DNA from: Lama guanicoe
Lineage: Eukaryota
Reading direction: 5' to 3'
DNA: 64,000 nt
Assembly: GCA_013239625.1 (NCBI GenBank)
Contig: MU054323.1
Span: forward strand, 16,558,029 to 16,622,028
In this document: one piece after another, positions 25,546 to 37,365 of the stretch
Numbering within the stretch: position 1 is the stretch's first letter
How the letters are laid out: each line of letters starts with the position of its first letter
Program-made: the position numbers and the translations under genes
The notes under the pieces: model-generated
What the model was told of the DNA's origin: nothing
Database searches by the model: none
The model's input: only the letters and a program-made list of their open reading frames with translations

Positions 25546-25789
25546 CAGGAGCTAGGAATAGGGAGGGATGTAGAAAGATGAGACCAAAAATTTAATACCA
25601 GATCAGACTACTAATTGCTGAGTCAAGCTAGATGTATTTAGATGCATTTGGATACCTTTAAAATTCTATCTTACATCTCCCCATCCCCACCTACAGCTAG
25701 TGTGTGCAAGGTGGGCCCTGGTCAAAAGAAAAAAGTTTTTATCAGTTACTTGGAAAAATAAAAGCAGTCAATGCTTTTATTTTCCTGAT

Positions 25790-25960
25790 GCAGCACTCTT
25801 CAACGAAGGCTGTTATACTCCTTGTACAACTCTGGCAAAATTTCTTAACCTCCAGAACTGCTTTCCTCTGCTGAGAAGGGGTCATCCCATCACACAGGAC
25901 TTGGGGTTAAGAAAGCTCCTGTACAAATCCTTTAAATGTCAGCTCCCTGGCACTGAGGAG
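25790..25960 (+). mobile_element. MIR (degraded)
   Basis: CTCTGGCAAAATTTCTTAACCTCC...TTTCCTCTGCTG...CCTGGCACTGAGGAG. Confidence 0.5.
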
Positions 25961-26049
25961 TAGATGGAAAATTGGCTTGGCCAAGGAAGGGTAAGTTATC
26001 TATTCTGCCCTCTCATTAACTTTAACTAATTGTTAGAGAAAGAGAGCAT

Positions 26050-26340
26050 GCCCTTGTTCCTTCTCATCCTACAGTCTAGCTTAAATGTCACTTTTTCAGG
26101 AAGGTCTGTCTTAGCCACTTTAGCCAAAGTAGGTGGAGCCCGGGGTCATCCTTCAGCACGTTTCCTGTTACTGCCTTTACAGTCCTAATCAGGATGTGAT
26201 ATTATTTAATTAACATATTTGCCGAATTGTTCCTCATCTATGTCCTAACCCCCAAGACACTCCCTGAGGTCAGAGCCTTTCTTTGCTTTTCCTCTCTTGT
26301 GTGTCCAGTGTCCTTAAATTTGTGCTCCTTAAATTTGTTA
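26050..26340 (+). mobile_element. L2 3' end
   Basis: TCTAGCTTAAATGTCACTTTTTCAGGAAGGTCT...CTCCCTGAGGTCAGAGCC...TGTGTCCAGTG. Confidence 0.7.
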
Positions 26341-27544
26341 AATCTTGTTTCTTGAGGTTCTGGGCCATGAGTTTAAAAGTTCTTTTTCCCTATTTAAAGA
26401 TTTTGAAATGATTTGTCTTTCTTAGTTTGGTCCCTTCCTGCTGCTATTTGCTTACTTTGGTAGAGGGAGAGTGAAATACTTATTTTTTTTTTAACTTTTC
26501 AAAGCCATTAATATAAACCCCACAAACAGTGAGTTTGAGCATCTGAAATTCTGTGCATAATTACTGGGTAAAACTATCTTCACAAGGCAATTTTCTACTT
26601 TCTCTATGAAATAACCCCCCCCAAATGTGTTACTATGGCAGCCTACTTCCTTACTGAGACAAATGCAGATGAAACCTATGAATTAGCATCAGCCACTCCC
26701 CTGCATCATAGATCCTCCCTGAGATTAGCTTCAGTATGCTTGGAGATACACCAAATGTTAAATTAGTGTCATGTTTGTCACCTACACATGTGGGAAAAAG
26801 CATGCACATACACAAACTGTAATTTAGCAGCATCAGCAACAGCCCCTGTACTGAAAAAAAACCAAAGAAATTTCATTTAAACATAGTGGAAGGCAGCATT
26901 TCAACAGCAAGGGAAGGAGCTGTACACTAATTTGGGATAACTTCCTCTTTTTCCTACTGACCTTGGCCCAGCACAATGAATGGATTCCATTGGGACCCTC
27001 TCTGGTCCCAGTCTTGCCATCCTGAGGCAAATTCAGTGGCCAGGTCCAGTTTCTGTCATTAGTCAGGATCCAGAATTAAATATTTTTCACAGATAGGAAG
27101 CCTAGGCACCTCCCCTGACAGTCAGAGTAGCGGCAGTAACATTTAGCACCATCGTAGAAACTATAGAAAGGGCTCGGGAAACCCCCGACTCACTCATGGT
27201 TGGGCTCCCAGGAGGCCCATCTAGTACCGACATCTCCTCAGAAGAACCAACAGCAGGAGGTCATTCGTTAAACGATGCCATTTCTCTTGGCATAGGTCCC
27301 TTCAGAGGCATCCACAAGACACACCCTGGGTAGCAGGCCGCTGTCCTGGCCCTCTGCAGCAGCCAGGACCAAGATTATCAAGGACCCTTTCTCTCTTACA
27401 ATACCCTATGGCCTTGGAAATCATGTTATAGCTCCTCCAAGGAATCCAAATCATTCTTGAGCTATGGATAGACCGATCGACTTAAGATCCACATCTTATA
27501 GGTAGCCAAAAAAAGACTGGCATTTTATCATTTTTAAAAATTTA

Positions 27545-27785
27545 CAGGATTCTTACTGTGTATGAGGAATTGTGCTCAACACTACACATGCATTTGCACA
27601 TTTGATTTCCACAACAATCTGTAAGGTAAATACTAATATTATCATTTCCATCACCAATGAAAAACCTGAAGCTTAGCAAGCTTAAGTCAGTTCCCCAAAT
27701 TCCATGTGTGAAGCAAAACCAAGACTCAAGGCTGGCTTGGCTTGATATCCAAACAAATACTCTTAGCCACGATGCTACACTACCA
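27545..27785 (-). mobile_element. MIR, near full length
   Basis: CATTTGATTTCCACAACAATCTGTAAGGTAAATACTAATATTATC...TCTTAGCCACGATGCTACACT. Confidence 0.85.
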
Positions 27786-27899
27786 GTGGACAAAATCCCT
27801 CTGATACGCTGCAGCTGGACTAAAATTTCAGCCAGGAGGAGAGTTTGTGGTGGGATTGACTTAAGGAGACCAAAGCAGAAAGTGCTTCTGAAGAGCACA

Positions 27900-28045
27900 C
27901 TGTAGTTTCCCAAAGTGGTCCAGGACCAACAGCATCACATTCCTGATGCAGAGCCTCAGGCCCACCCAGAAACTACTGACAGAGAGGCTGCATGTTAACA
28001 AGATCCTGGGAGAGTCTCAAGCACATTAAAGGATAAGAAGCGTTT
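27900..28045. mobile_element. MER5A1-like MITE
   Basis: TTCCCAAAGTGGTCCAGGACCAACAGCATCAC...CTCAGGCCCACCCAGAAACTACTGA...TTAACAAGATCC...GCACATTAAAG. Confidence 0.75.
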
Positions 28046-28324
28046 GTTGACTTTGCAGATACTCTAAATAAACTTCGTGGAAAAATAAGTCTATAACTGT
28101 AACAGAGGGGGAAAATACGAACTCATGAAGGACAGGGATGGTGACTTATCCATTTTGTAACCACCAGTGCCTGTAGAAAAGTAAGCATATGACATATTTA
28201 TTGAATAAATGACTGGATAAAGAAAAGATTAAGGTACTTTGTGGTAGACCCCATCCCGGGCCACACAGATGGCCTTTCATTCATTTCCCCCAACTTCCTA
28301 CTCACCACGTCACATGACACAGGA

Positions 28325-28420
28325 TACTGGGTCTAGGTTTGAGGCCTGGTCCTACCTCTTCTAGTACTGGGCATATTACCTCTGCTCTATACCTCAGTTT
28401 CTCCAATTGGAAGTAAAATA
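28325..28420 (+). mobile_element. MIR fragment
   Basis: CTGGGCATATTACCTCTGCTCTATACCTCAGTTTCTCC. Confidence 0.65.
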
Positions 28421-28449
28421 TAACAAAAAGAGAATAAAACAATAGACCT

Positions 28450-28685
28450 GAGCAGGTCTATGAAGACCTGGCCGTGTCGGCACACCGCGGGATGAGCTGA
28501 AGAGGCTTCTCACTGCAGAGCCTGTGGGGTCTGCTGAGGCTGTCCTGGGCCTGCCCTGCAGCACGACGTACCCCTCTGGCCACTCCTGCCTCCTTTCCCT
28601 CCCTGCAGCAGGGGTTTGTTCCAAAAACAAACGCCCAAATAAACATTGGACATGCTAAAATCAGAATCTGCTTCACAGGGGCCAA
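28450..28685 (+). mobile_element. ERVL LTR fragment (LTR16-like)
   Basis: CCCTCTGGCCACTCCTGCCTCCTTTCCCTCCC...AATAAACATTGGACATGCTAAAATCAGAATCTGCTTC resembles the LTR16 3' half. Confidence 0.6.
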
Positions 28686-29309
28686 GCCACGGCACTCACC
28701 ACTAAGCATCAAAACTGAATTTATTGAGCAGCTGCTGGGTTGGGGAACATCAGAAACGAACATTCTCAGGCATTTATGATATGGCTGGGACCTCTACCAT
28801 ACAACTTGGTTACCCTGTCGCACTGTGGTAAGTTTACACAGGTTCTCCCGTATTAGGATGCTATTTGCACTTAATACCTTGCTGTTGCAGTATGTATTTT
28901 TTATTTTTGCTGTTTAGGGTTTTTTGTTGTTATGTTTTATCTCTGATTGGTGGAACTGAGGCACAGAACAGGAGTGACCTGCCCGAGACTGGAAGAGGCA
29001 GAGCCAGAATTCAGGCACAAGCCTCCTGTGGCGGGTAGCATGGTAGTAGGTAGGAGGTGGTAGGAGGGATCAAAGTGGCTTCTTTATCCTTCCATGTGGA
29101 AAAGATGTCCAAAGAAGCTTACTGTCAACAGATTATAAAAAGATTCACATTGTGTCATTCAATTCTATCCAGAGCTCTTATTCTCTGTACAAAGGGTCAT
29201 TGGAACAATTTGGTGGGGTTAACTTTGGTCATGAGATTGGCTGGCTGGGGGCAGTGCACTGGGACCAAAGTTTAGCAAGCATCACTGTCCCTGAGCCTCA
29301 AAGCCTCAA

Positions 29310-29420
29310 GCCTCAAGGTGAACTCCTTGAAGGAAGGCACCACGCCTTTTGTCCTTCTATTTCCCCATCACCCGGCCAGGGCTGAGCACAGAGTTAGTGA
29401 CCAATGAATGTCGGCTCAGT
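29310..29420 (+). mobile_element. L2 3' tail
   Basis: GTGAACTCCTTGAAGGAAGGCACC...ATTTCCCCATCACC...CAATGAATGT. Confidence 0.7.
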
Positions 29421-30469
29421 GACGAAGTTGAGACGCAATGGCTCGGCAGTGAGTACCACCTGCCTTAGAGCCTACGAAATGGTGATTCAAAAGAGACAAA
29501 AGAACCGCATTTGAGGACAGACTCAAAACTCTTCTTGCACAGGCCACCGAGAGGCTGAGCCCTCCGGACCCCACAAGGCCCACAGCATTCCTGCCTATGT
29601 CACCCTCCCCTTCTTGGTGCTCTTTGGACCATTGCAGCCCCTACCACGCAGTTCAGGACTGGATTACAGAGTTTTATCCCACTTAAATCAGCATACAAGT
29701 CTTGTGCCCAGGGCAGGGCAAACCTCCAGGAGTGCAGTGGGTGTGCTGTGTGTTACAGAGCCACGGGTGTTGCCCTCCAGGATCTGGGCCAGCTTTCCTT
29801 GGCAGGAGTGATGCCTATTGTTGGAGCTGCTGGGCTGTTCAGGGGCAGGAGCTAGTAACAGGGCTTCCAAGGCTGAGTTAGATGCCACATACAGGGTAGC
29901 AGGGGCTCCTGGTGGCAGCCCATCCCTGGGACCCCCAAGGCTGCTTTCCTACTTCTGTCATTTGCACCGGAACCTGCATTATGCATATGAGGCATCTTCT
30001 GGTCAAATCTTGCTGTAAATAGACTATTTATAAAAGGAAATGTTGGCTCACAGCCAGGCAGTGGCGTCGAGATCCAGGAAAGGCGTTGCAGCTCTGGTGT
30101 GCGGGGTCCAGCATGGGCAGCTTCTTTGACACCGTCAGGGCACATGTCAGGGTGGGATGGCAGGCAGCCTCTCTGAGGGCAAGAGCCACCGAAGGGAAAA
30201 CAGTCATCTTGGGCCCAGTGAGGATGGACGGCACAGCCAGGGAGCAAAAGTGTTTCCTCCTTCAGAGTCTGCAACAGGAAAACAAATCTGTTGGACAATA
30301 ACCCTCCTGTTTTATTTACTCTGTCTACAGATGTCTTAAGCCAACAAAGTAATGTGGAAGGTGGGTCAGGTGCTGCAGCTGGAAGACAGTCAGGATGGTC
30401 AGTAAAGCCTCACTTACCGCCTTCTTCTCGTTCCTCCCTTCCCATCAGGCAGCTTTAATGTCCCTAAGC

Positions 30470-30610
30470 GCTTGGAGCACCTCTCTGTACGGATGCTCTG
30501 GGAACAATTTATAGATAAGTCTCTACTATCTCTGGAAGAGGAAGGGGTTCAGGCAAGTTCAATGACTTGGCCCAGGTGCCATGGCCACTGAGTGCCTGAA
30601 TCTACTAGGA
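30470..30610 (-). mobile_element. MIR (degraded)
   Basis: GAAGAGGAAGGGGTTCAGGCAAGTTCAATGACTTGGCCCAGGTGCC is the antisense MIR core. Confidence 0.55.
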
Positions 30611-31129
30611 GGGCCTGACAGCCACTTGGACCATTAGGACCAGCAAGCGGCCCTTTCAGACACAGCAAAGGCTATTCTGCCATCCTGGGCTCCGAGTGTC
30701 TGTGAAACTTCAAACTCATTTCCTGAGATAAGAATGGTATTGAGAAAGGCTATCTGGAAATGGAAAACAAGTGGCAAGAGCCTCGCCACCCACAGGCCCA
30801 CAGGACCGTCTGCCAGGGCCTGGTGAGCACGGCCCTTCCAGAAATTGCTCTGCTCCTCTGTCCACTCAGCCCTGTTCTCTTGCTTCCCCTCCTCTGCTCC
30901 AAGCCCCGAGCCCCATGTAGGCCCAGAGGAGGTCACAGAACATTTCACCAGGATTTCGGCACTCCCGGCAGTGCAAGTGATGGCCTGGCTGTGGAGCACC
31001 TGGGAGGCCAGCTGGATGCAAGCAGAAGGGAGTCAAGGTGGGTGCCGTGAGCAGCTGCCTGGAGCCCAGTTTCTCCCACTCATGCTCTCCTCCAGAGCCG
31101 CACGCCCTCCAATCCAGTCTGCTGGCTTC

Positions 31130-31710
31130 CACTCCCACCCTCCCCCAACCCAGTCTGCATTCTGCAGTCAGAAGGAGCATTTCCAGCCACAAATCTAATC
31201 ACATTGCAACTCGCTTGAAACCTGTGATGGTTCGCCAAGGCCCTGGGAACAGCCTGACTTTGAAGTCCTCATGATCAGTCTGCTAGCTCTCAGTCTCTCC
31301 CTACACCTTGTGCCTCAGGCCCAAGGCTTACCCAGCTCTGGGAATCCATCCTACTTTCTCCTACCTGCAGGGGGTTGCTGTGAGCTTGCTGTCCCCTCAG
31401 CTCAGAGCACCCTCACCAAATTCTTCTCCCCCTAAACCTGCAGTTTGCCCGACTGACACCCATTCCACGTCTGTACTCCCCCATCCCGCCCCCAGGCCAA
31501 GTGAGGCTGGATGCTCCTTCGACAGCATCCTGAGCACCCCTAGCGGGAGACCTCACCGAAATGCAACCCCATCGCCTGATGCTTGTCTCTGTTTCCAGCT
31601 AGACAGTAAGTCCCACGAGGCACTCTGCCGGGTTTTTTAACCATTGGGTCTGGCGCTTAAATGACCAATAAATATTTACTAGATGAAAGATGTTGTGAAT
31701 CAGTAAATTA
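31130..31710 (+). mobile_element. L2 3' region
   Basis: CACAAATCTAATCACATTGC...CTAGACAGTAAGTCCCACGAGG...CAATAAATATTTACTAGATGAA. Confidence 0.75.
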
Positions 31711-31923
31711 ACAAAAGGCCCAGGAAGCAATTTGGACAAACACCCCACATCAGCCCTGCCAGGTTTTAGTGGCAGCCATTAGTGGGAGCAGGGGTGATGC
31801 TCTAGGCCTGCCACCACCTGCTTCAGGCAGGTCGCTGCCCCTCTGGCCCTCAGTTTCTCTATCTCTTCTTTTCTTCCTGTAACTAAAGCAACCAAAGGCA
31901 GCTTGATTGACTGACTCCCTTTT

Positions 31924-32029
31924 AAAATGTTTATTTCATTGTGATAAGAACACGACATGAGATCTACCCTCTTAACAAGGGTTTAGACATACAGTACAGT
32001 ATTGTTACTCAGCACAGTATCGCATGGGC
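31924..32029 (-). mobile_element. Very short L1MA9-like 3' end with 11-bp TSD
   Basis: ATTGTGATAAGAACACGACATGAGATCTACCCTCTTAACAA; GACTCCCTTTT at 31913-31923 and 32030-32040. Confidence 0.85.
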
Positions 32030-33830
32030 GACTCCCTTTTGGCGTCAGCTGGGAGAGCTGGGCTGCTGACTGCCCCCACCTTCTGCCTGCTTCCTGTGTC
32101 CCGGTCTGAGCAGCTGCATTACGTGGGGCAGGGGTCTGCAGGCTGGGTCTGTAGCAGTTCAATCAAGGGAGAAATTGTGGGCTGGAAAACGGCCTGGTGG
32201 CGTGGCAACAGGTGTCAGGGAATTTCCCCCAGATTCTTCAGAGATATTGTACTTCTTACCTCTGGTGAGCAATTAATCGTTTCTCAGGGGACCCAAGGAT
32301 ACAGAGAACAGACACTGTGCCCGCACAAACACCCTTACAGAGCCTGGGGGCCAAGGCAGGGGGCGTAGCCAGGACACCAAGCAAGACAGGAAGATGGCAG
32401 GAGAGATGAGACAACTTGCCTGGGGGCCTGTGATCCAACAAGTTGCACCTCTTCCCATCTGGCTTCAGGACAGATAGCGCCTTGCCCTGCCTTCCTGCTC
32501 CTCACCCCTCTAACCTGCTAGTCACCGTAAAACTTAAACCAAGAAACCAGAGCCTGTTTGTATTTGAGCCTTCATGTAAAAATATGCTCATGCACATTTT
32601 GAGACCCAAAAGCCAAAAGTGGGTTCATCAATCACAATTTTCCTTCTAAATTCTACCATAAGTGATAATCATTGGCCAGGATTGCCTGAGCCTGGGTCCC
32701 TGACACCAAATGAAAATCAGACCCATTACTGTTTGCTTATTGGCATTGATGACCTAAAAGTGAATCATGCTCTGTCATAGACTATGAACGGAGTTAGAAT
32801 TCATGAAGCTACAAATGTTCTTTTCTGATGCTTTCATAGAGATAAATGCATTTATTGTCAAAAATAAAACCAAATGAGTTTTAAGGAATAAAACTCCCTT
32901 CTGCCCCAGAGGAGGAGGTGATCAGAATGCTGGGCAGAGAGAGAAACTGCGTCTCTTCCTTTCCAGGCTGCGGGGCAACATTAGCTCAGCCCCCTCTTTG
33001 GAACGTGCCTTTTTCTCCTCCTGCATTCCTGGGTTTCCAGGCTAGTTGAGCTTCCTAATTTGGAAGTCGCCACAGAGCAAACCCTGACAGTATGTGGGTG
33101 TCCTGCTGTGAACTCCCTGAGAGGCAGTGGTCCTGGTTACATAACAGGCACCTCGGTTAACCTCTCCAAAGGCCTCTGAGGCTCCTAAGCTGAGTGGAAG
33201 ATGAGGTTCTGGGCCCAGGCCGCCCCACTCACTGAAGTGGTGGCATCCAAGCCCAGGCATTACAGCCAGAGACATTCCCAGCTAGTCCTGCTTCTGCCCA
33301 CTCTTTCCACCTCTCCCACCCTCTCACAGCGGTGGCTGTGGCTGGAATCTCACTTTGGGGCAACCCTGGAAGGCAGAGACTTCATTTCCTTTTCATATGC
33401 CCTGACACTCAGCACACAGCTGGGCTTATCAAGGGCAGACGAGCAGTGATTGTGCAAAGACAGAGAGTGAGCAAAAGACAGACAGAGGGAGGTGGAGGAG
33501 AGTGGAAGAAGAAAACTCTGTAGCTCACCAGTTTTGAGCCCCTTCTGGGTTCTAGCAGGTGAGTGTCCACAGAGGGGTGACCAACGATGCCCCCAGCTCC
33601 TGCCTGGGGTCTGACCTTACCAGTCAGACATCGCCTCCAGACTTGGCAGGTGGATAATAGTGAGGTTGCTGGTCAATAGTGGGCATTATCCAAAATTTAT
33701 TTTTCTATTGATTTATAAATATTGTTTTATCATTAAAAGAAGTTTTAAATAAAAATATAAACCATCACTGATCCCCAAAACACAAGTATTTATTTTACTC
33801 TGGCCGAATCTTGCTGACTGGATTTATTTT

Positions 33831-33910
33831 ATTTTATTTTTTTATTGAAATGTAGTTGATTTACAATGTTAGTTTCAGGTGTACAGGAGAGCAATTCAGT
33901 TATACACATA
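33831..33910 (-). mobile_element. Very short laurasiatherian-type L1 3' end with 16-bp TSD
   Basis: TTTATTGAAATGTAGTTGATTTACAATGTTAGTTTCAGGTGTACAG; TSD TGACTGGATTTATTTT (33815-33830) / TGATTGGCTTTATTTT (33911-33926). Confidence 0.85.
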
Positions 33911-33974
33911 TGATTGGCTTTATTTTGATATTGGACTGAGGACAGCAGATTTATAGTCAAATCAATAGGGATTC

Positions 33975-34135
33975 TTGTTGCTGGTGTGTACCTGTGTGTT
34001 ATAATTTTCTGTCTCTTCCAGCCTGAGAGCTCCTTGAGGATGGAGACATGACTTTCACTTTGGTATCTCAGTGTTTAGCCCGGTGCCTGATACTTAGCAG
34101 TTGCTCACTACACATTTGTTGAATGAGTGAACAGA
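33975..34135 (+). mobile_element. L2 3' tail
   Basis: GAGCTCCTTGAGGATGGAGAC...GTGCCTGATACTTAGCAGTTGCTC...TTTGTTGAATGAGTGAA. Confidence 0.85.
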
Positions 34136-35489
34136 TTGCCCCAGTACCAGGACCTCGTCAAAAGTGTACATGTAAATCAAGAGGAGGGCAACATATTATT
34201 TCTATCTTGAATAAATTAAAAATTCTTATATAAATAGAAAGCATGGCCAGAGTGGGGCATGGATGTCAACCCGTGGCACCCACGTCAAATTTGGAAGGGA
34301 ATGTTATGCACTGAGTCCTGTGGGTGGAAGGACAGAAATGGGAGGATGAAACTGATGACCTGAACACACAAAAGCAGGATGGGGAGGGGGAAAGTAGTGG
34401 GTTGAGGCAGGTGATTGAGAACTAGGTCTGTGAATTGACAGGGTCTACGAGGGGGTTTCACGGTGTCATGGGGGATAAGAATGGAGGCTTGTAGGAAACT
34501 CACCAATCTGAGTAGTTACTGCTGCTCATAGATTGTCAGCTGCTTTATATTCTTAAAGTAGAAATTCTGCTTTTGAGGGTATAGTCATAATTCCTAGTGT
34601 GGGAATCATTCTCTGGGGGAAAATAGCAGTGACCGTGTGATCATGCTTTTATTACTTACACGTAGCACAAAAGAAAATCTTTCATCAAAGGCAATAAAAT
34701 TTCTGTTCCGATGCACAGATTGGATCAAACTATGGTTCTCTTTCATTATTACTTACATTGCCTATTTCCCAATACACCTTTATATTTATACACACAATAT
34801 GATCTATTTAAGTCACACTTGAAATCTAAATGCCTGATTGAACCCCAAAGGAAAATTCTAGGAAGGGCTCTATTTACCACCAAATTATGTACAGAGTAAC
34901 CATTTCTTTAGTGACAGGACAGCCTTCTTCCCTGGCAGATATGATCCTCCTCTGTAAGGCAAGGACAACCTGGATTGCCCTGAAGTGATTTCTGTTTTAA
35001 AGCACCTGGGCTTGGAGCTGTCATGTGGCCTAAACTGGCCTACAGAGCCGTGTAGTCTGTCCTCCGGTTGAGCAAACTAATCTAATAGTTAGTTCCTAGT
35101 TCTGAGCTTCTCTAGTACTTCTTGACCAAGCATGTCTTTGGGAGTTTGGGGATACTGTAAGTCTTGATTTTAAAAGATTAATTACATGTTATTGTGACAT
35201 AAAGACTTTCTTAAGGGGTCAGACTAATCTATCTGTGAAGACTCATAGAGTAGGAGTAAATCCTGCATGATGGATAGAGTGGATGTGAGTTCCCAGATTG
35301 TAAGTGAGTTAGGTAATGACACTGGAGGAGTCATTAATATCTGTGAATAAGTAACAAAGTGACATTTTGGAAGTGCTTCCAACAAATCAACCTTGTTTTG
35401 AGTCTCATCCAACTCCTAGAACCATCCTATCCAATGGATTCCCATCCTATTTAAGCCTCATCCCATGGAATAGCCCTTCCTAATGTCTC

Positions 35490-36050
35490 CCACATCCTTT
35501 GTTTCCTTGGGCCCCTGACACTTCCAGCTTAGGTCCTTTCCACATCATGCCTGGGCTATTGCAGCAGCTTCCTCATTGGTCTTCCTGTCTCTGATTTCTC
35601 CCTGCCTCTGATTCATCCCCCACACTGCCACTGGGCTCAGGGCTGGTTTTTAAAATAACATATCACTTTTGACATGCACTAGTTCTGCTCATTAATCTCT
35701 TACTGCTTCCCATTGCATTCTGGGTGAAGTCTAGATCCATGGTATGGAAGTCAAGTTCCTCCAGGCTCCAGCCCCCTGACCAAACTTCTCTCCTGCCATT
35801 GCTCAAAGCATCAGCCAAGGGGAGGTAGTCACTGTCTCTCCTCAGCAAACCTGTGTCTCTCTGTTCATTGGTCCCCATGGACACCTCCACCTGGCTCATC
35901 CTTAGGAGGCCTTTTCCATTCCTCGCTCTGCCTCTTCAAATGCAAACTTTCTCCCTCCAGCTCATGCCAACATCTCTCTGGAAGGAGCTTGTACACACGC
36001 GTGGTGCCCCCGCTTTGTGGCTGCGTTCAAGGGATACTGTATTTTACAAT
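35490..36050 (+). mobile_element. L2 3' region
   Basis: TGCCTGGGCTATTGCAGCAGCTTCCTCATTGGTCTTCCTGTCTC...CCCACACTGCC...CTTCCCATTGC. Confidence 0.8.
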
Positions 36051-36052
36051 TG

Positions 36053-36300
36053 AAATTTGCTGAGTAGAACTCAAGAATTTTCACTAAAAAAAAATATATA
36101 TATATATATATCAGGTGATGATGGATGTGTTAATTAACTTAATTAACTTAATGGTGAGAATCCTTTCACCATGTGTACGTATATCAGATCATCAGATTGT
36201 GTGTTTTAAATAGATTACCACTTGATTTGTTAATCATAAATAAAATTGAAAATAAACTTTTCAATAAAGTTGAAAAATAAAATAAATAAAATAAAAATAA
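36053..36300 (+). mobile_element. L1MA-type 3' end
   Basis: GGTGATGATGGATGTGTTAATTAACTT...AATCCTTTCACCATGTGTACGTATATCAGATCATC...CAATAAAGTTG followed by an A-rich tail. Confidence 0.85.
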
Positions 36301-36682
36301 GTGCTGCTTAAGGCCCCAGAGACTTCAACCCTAATTACATCCTCCTCTCTTTCTGTCCATCCTTCCCAGAAGTAACAATTGGCCTGAATTTTTGCAGTTC
36401 TTTGGCTTTACTCTATAGTTTTTATTGCAGATGATTAAAAAAAAACCATATATGCATATTGTTTAGATTTGCATGTCAACCTTCATCACATTTTCCACCA
36501 AATGCTAACGGTCTGTTGGCTGCTTTTCCTGCATCTTGATTCATCCTCCCTCCATTCCATTTACTTCTTTAGTCTCTGGTCAGGTCACCTCACTGCTCAA
36601 CAACCTTAGGGGACTCCCCATTCACCACGTAATCAATCCCTTCACAACCTGAATATTCTGAGCTTCACCAAGTCTTTTCATT

Positions 36683-36815
36683 TCTCTGAGCCTCAGTTTC
36701 TTAGTCTGTGAAGTAGGAATGAAAATACCTTGCAGGAGTGTTTTGAGGATCAAATGAGACAATTAGGTAAAAGGCATCCCATGGGGCCTGACACACAGTA
36801 GGAGTGCAATGCATT
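36683..36815 (+). mobile_element. MIR
   Basis: TCTCTGAGCCTCAGTTTC...TTTGAGGATCAAATGAGA...CCTGACACACAGTAGG. Confidence 0.85.
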
Positions 36816-37293
36816 GGAGCTGATCTTACTTTTACTACTCCTCCCTGAGTTGTTCTTTTATAAATGACTGTCATTTCTCCTCTATGAATTCCACGCCCCC
36901 CAGCCCTGCACATAGTGAGTGCTCATGTTTGTTGAGTGTGAAATAAACCAGTCTCAGGGGTCGACTCACACACAAGCTGATAATGCCCAGAGTGGGGATT
37001 TCTATTCGTTGATCTTTGAAGAACCCCCAGAGGGAGGTCAGTATTGCCTATTCTGAAAGGAGGGAGGAGGGCACTGCCAGCTTCTCTTGCTAAGGAGAGT
37101 AAATAAGATGTTATAAAATCTTGAAGACACTTTCAGTAGCATTGTGTGGGCACAGGCTTGGGCTGGGCTGCTTCTCCAGCTGGCTTTTGTTAAGCATGAC
37201 TTGGCTGCCCTTAGAGCAGAGCTGCCTGCCTGTGAAGACCGCAAGATTAGCTGGGGCCCCAGCTGGAGGGAGGGAGCCCATTCCTCTGATGTG

Positions 37294-37365
37294 CACAGTT
37301 GCCTTAGGGCCTGAAACCCATTTCTTGCTCACAGTTGCCTCAGGGCCTGAAACCCATTCCTTGCT
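37294..37365. repeat. 36-bp tandem duplication (2 copies, 2 mismatches)
   Basis: CACAGTTGCCTTAGGGCCTGAAACCCATTTCTTGCT / CACAGTTGCCTCAGGGCCTGAAACCCATTCCTTGCT. Confidence 0.95.

Noticed and set aside
27106..27333. Open frame containing VRVAAVTFSTIVETIE (vaguely VWA-like)
   Set aside because: It is bounded by stops within ~75 codons, with no MIDAS motif or consistent splice sites.
29600..32460. Dense cluster of overlapping 100-150 aa ORFs
   Set aside because: Local GC richness lowers stop frequency. ORFs appear in many frames on both strands and partly overlap L2.
37294..37365. CRISPR-like 36-bp repeats
   Set aside because: Only two directly adjacent units, no spacers, no cas genes, and a mammalian context.
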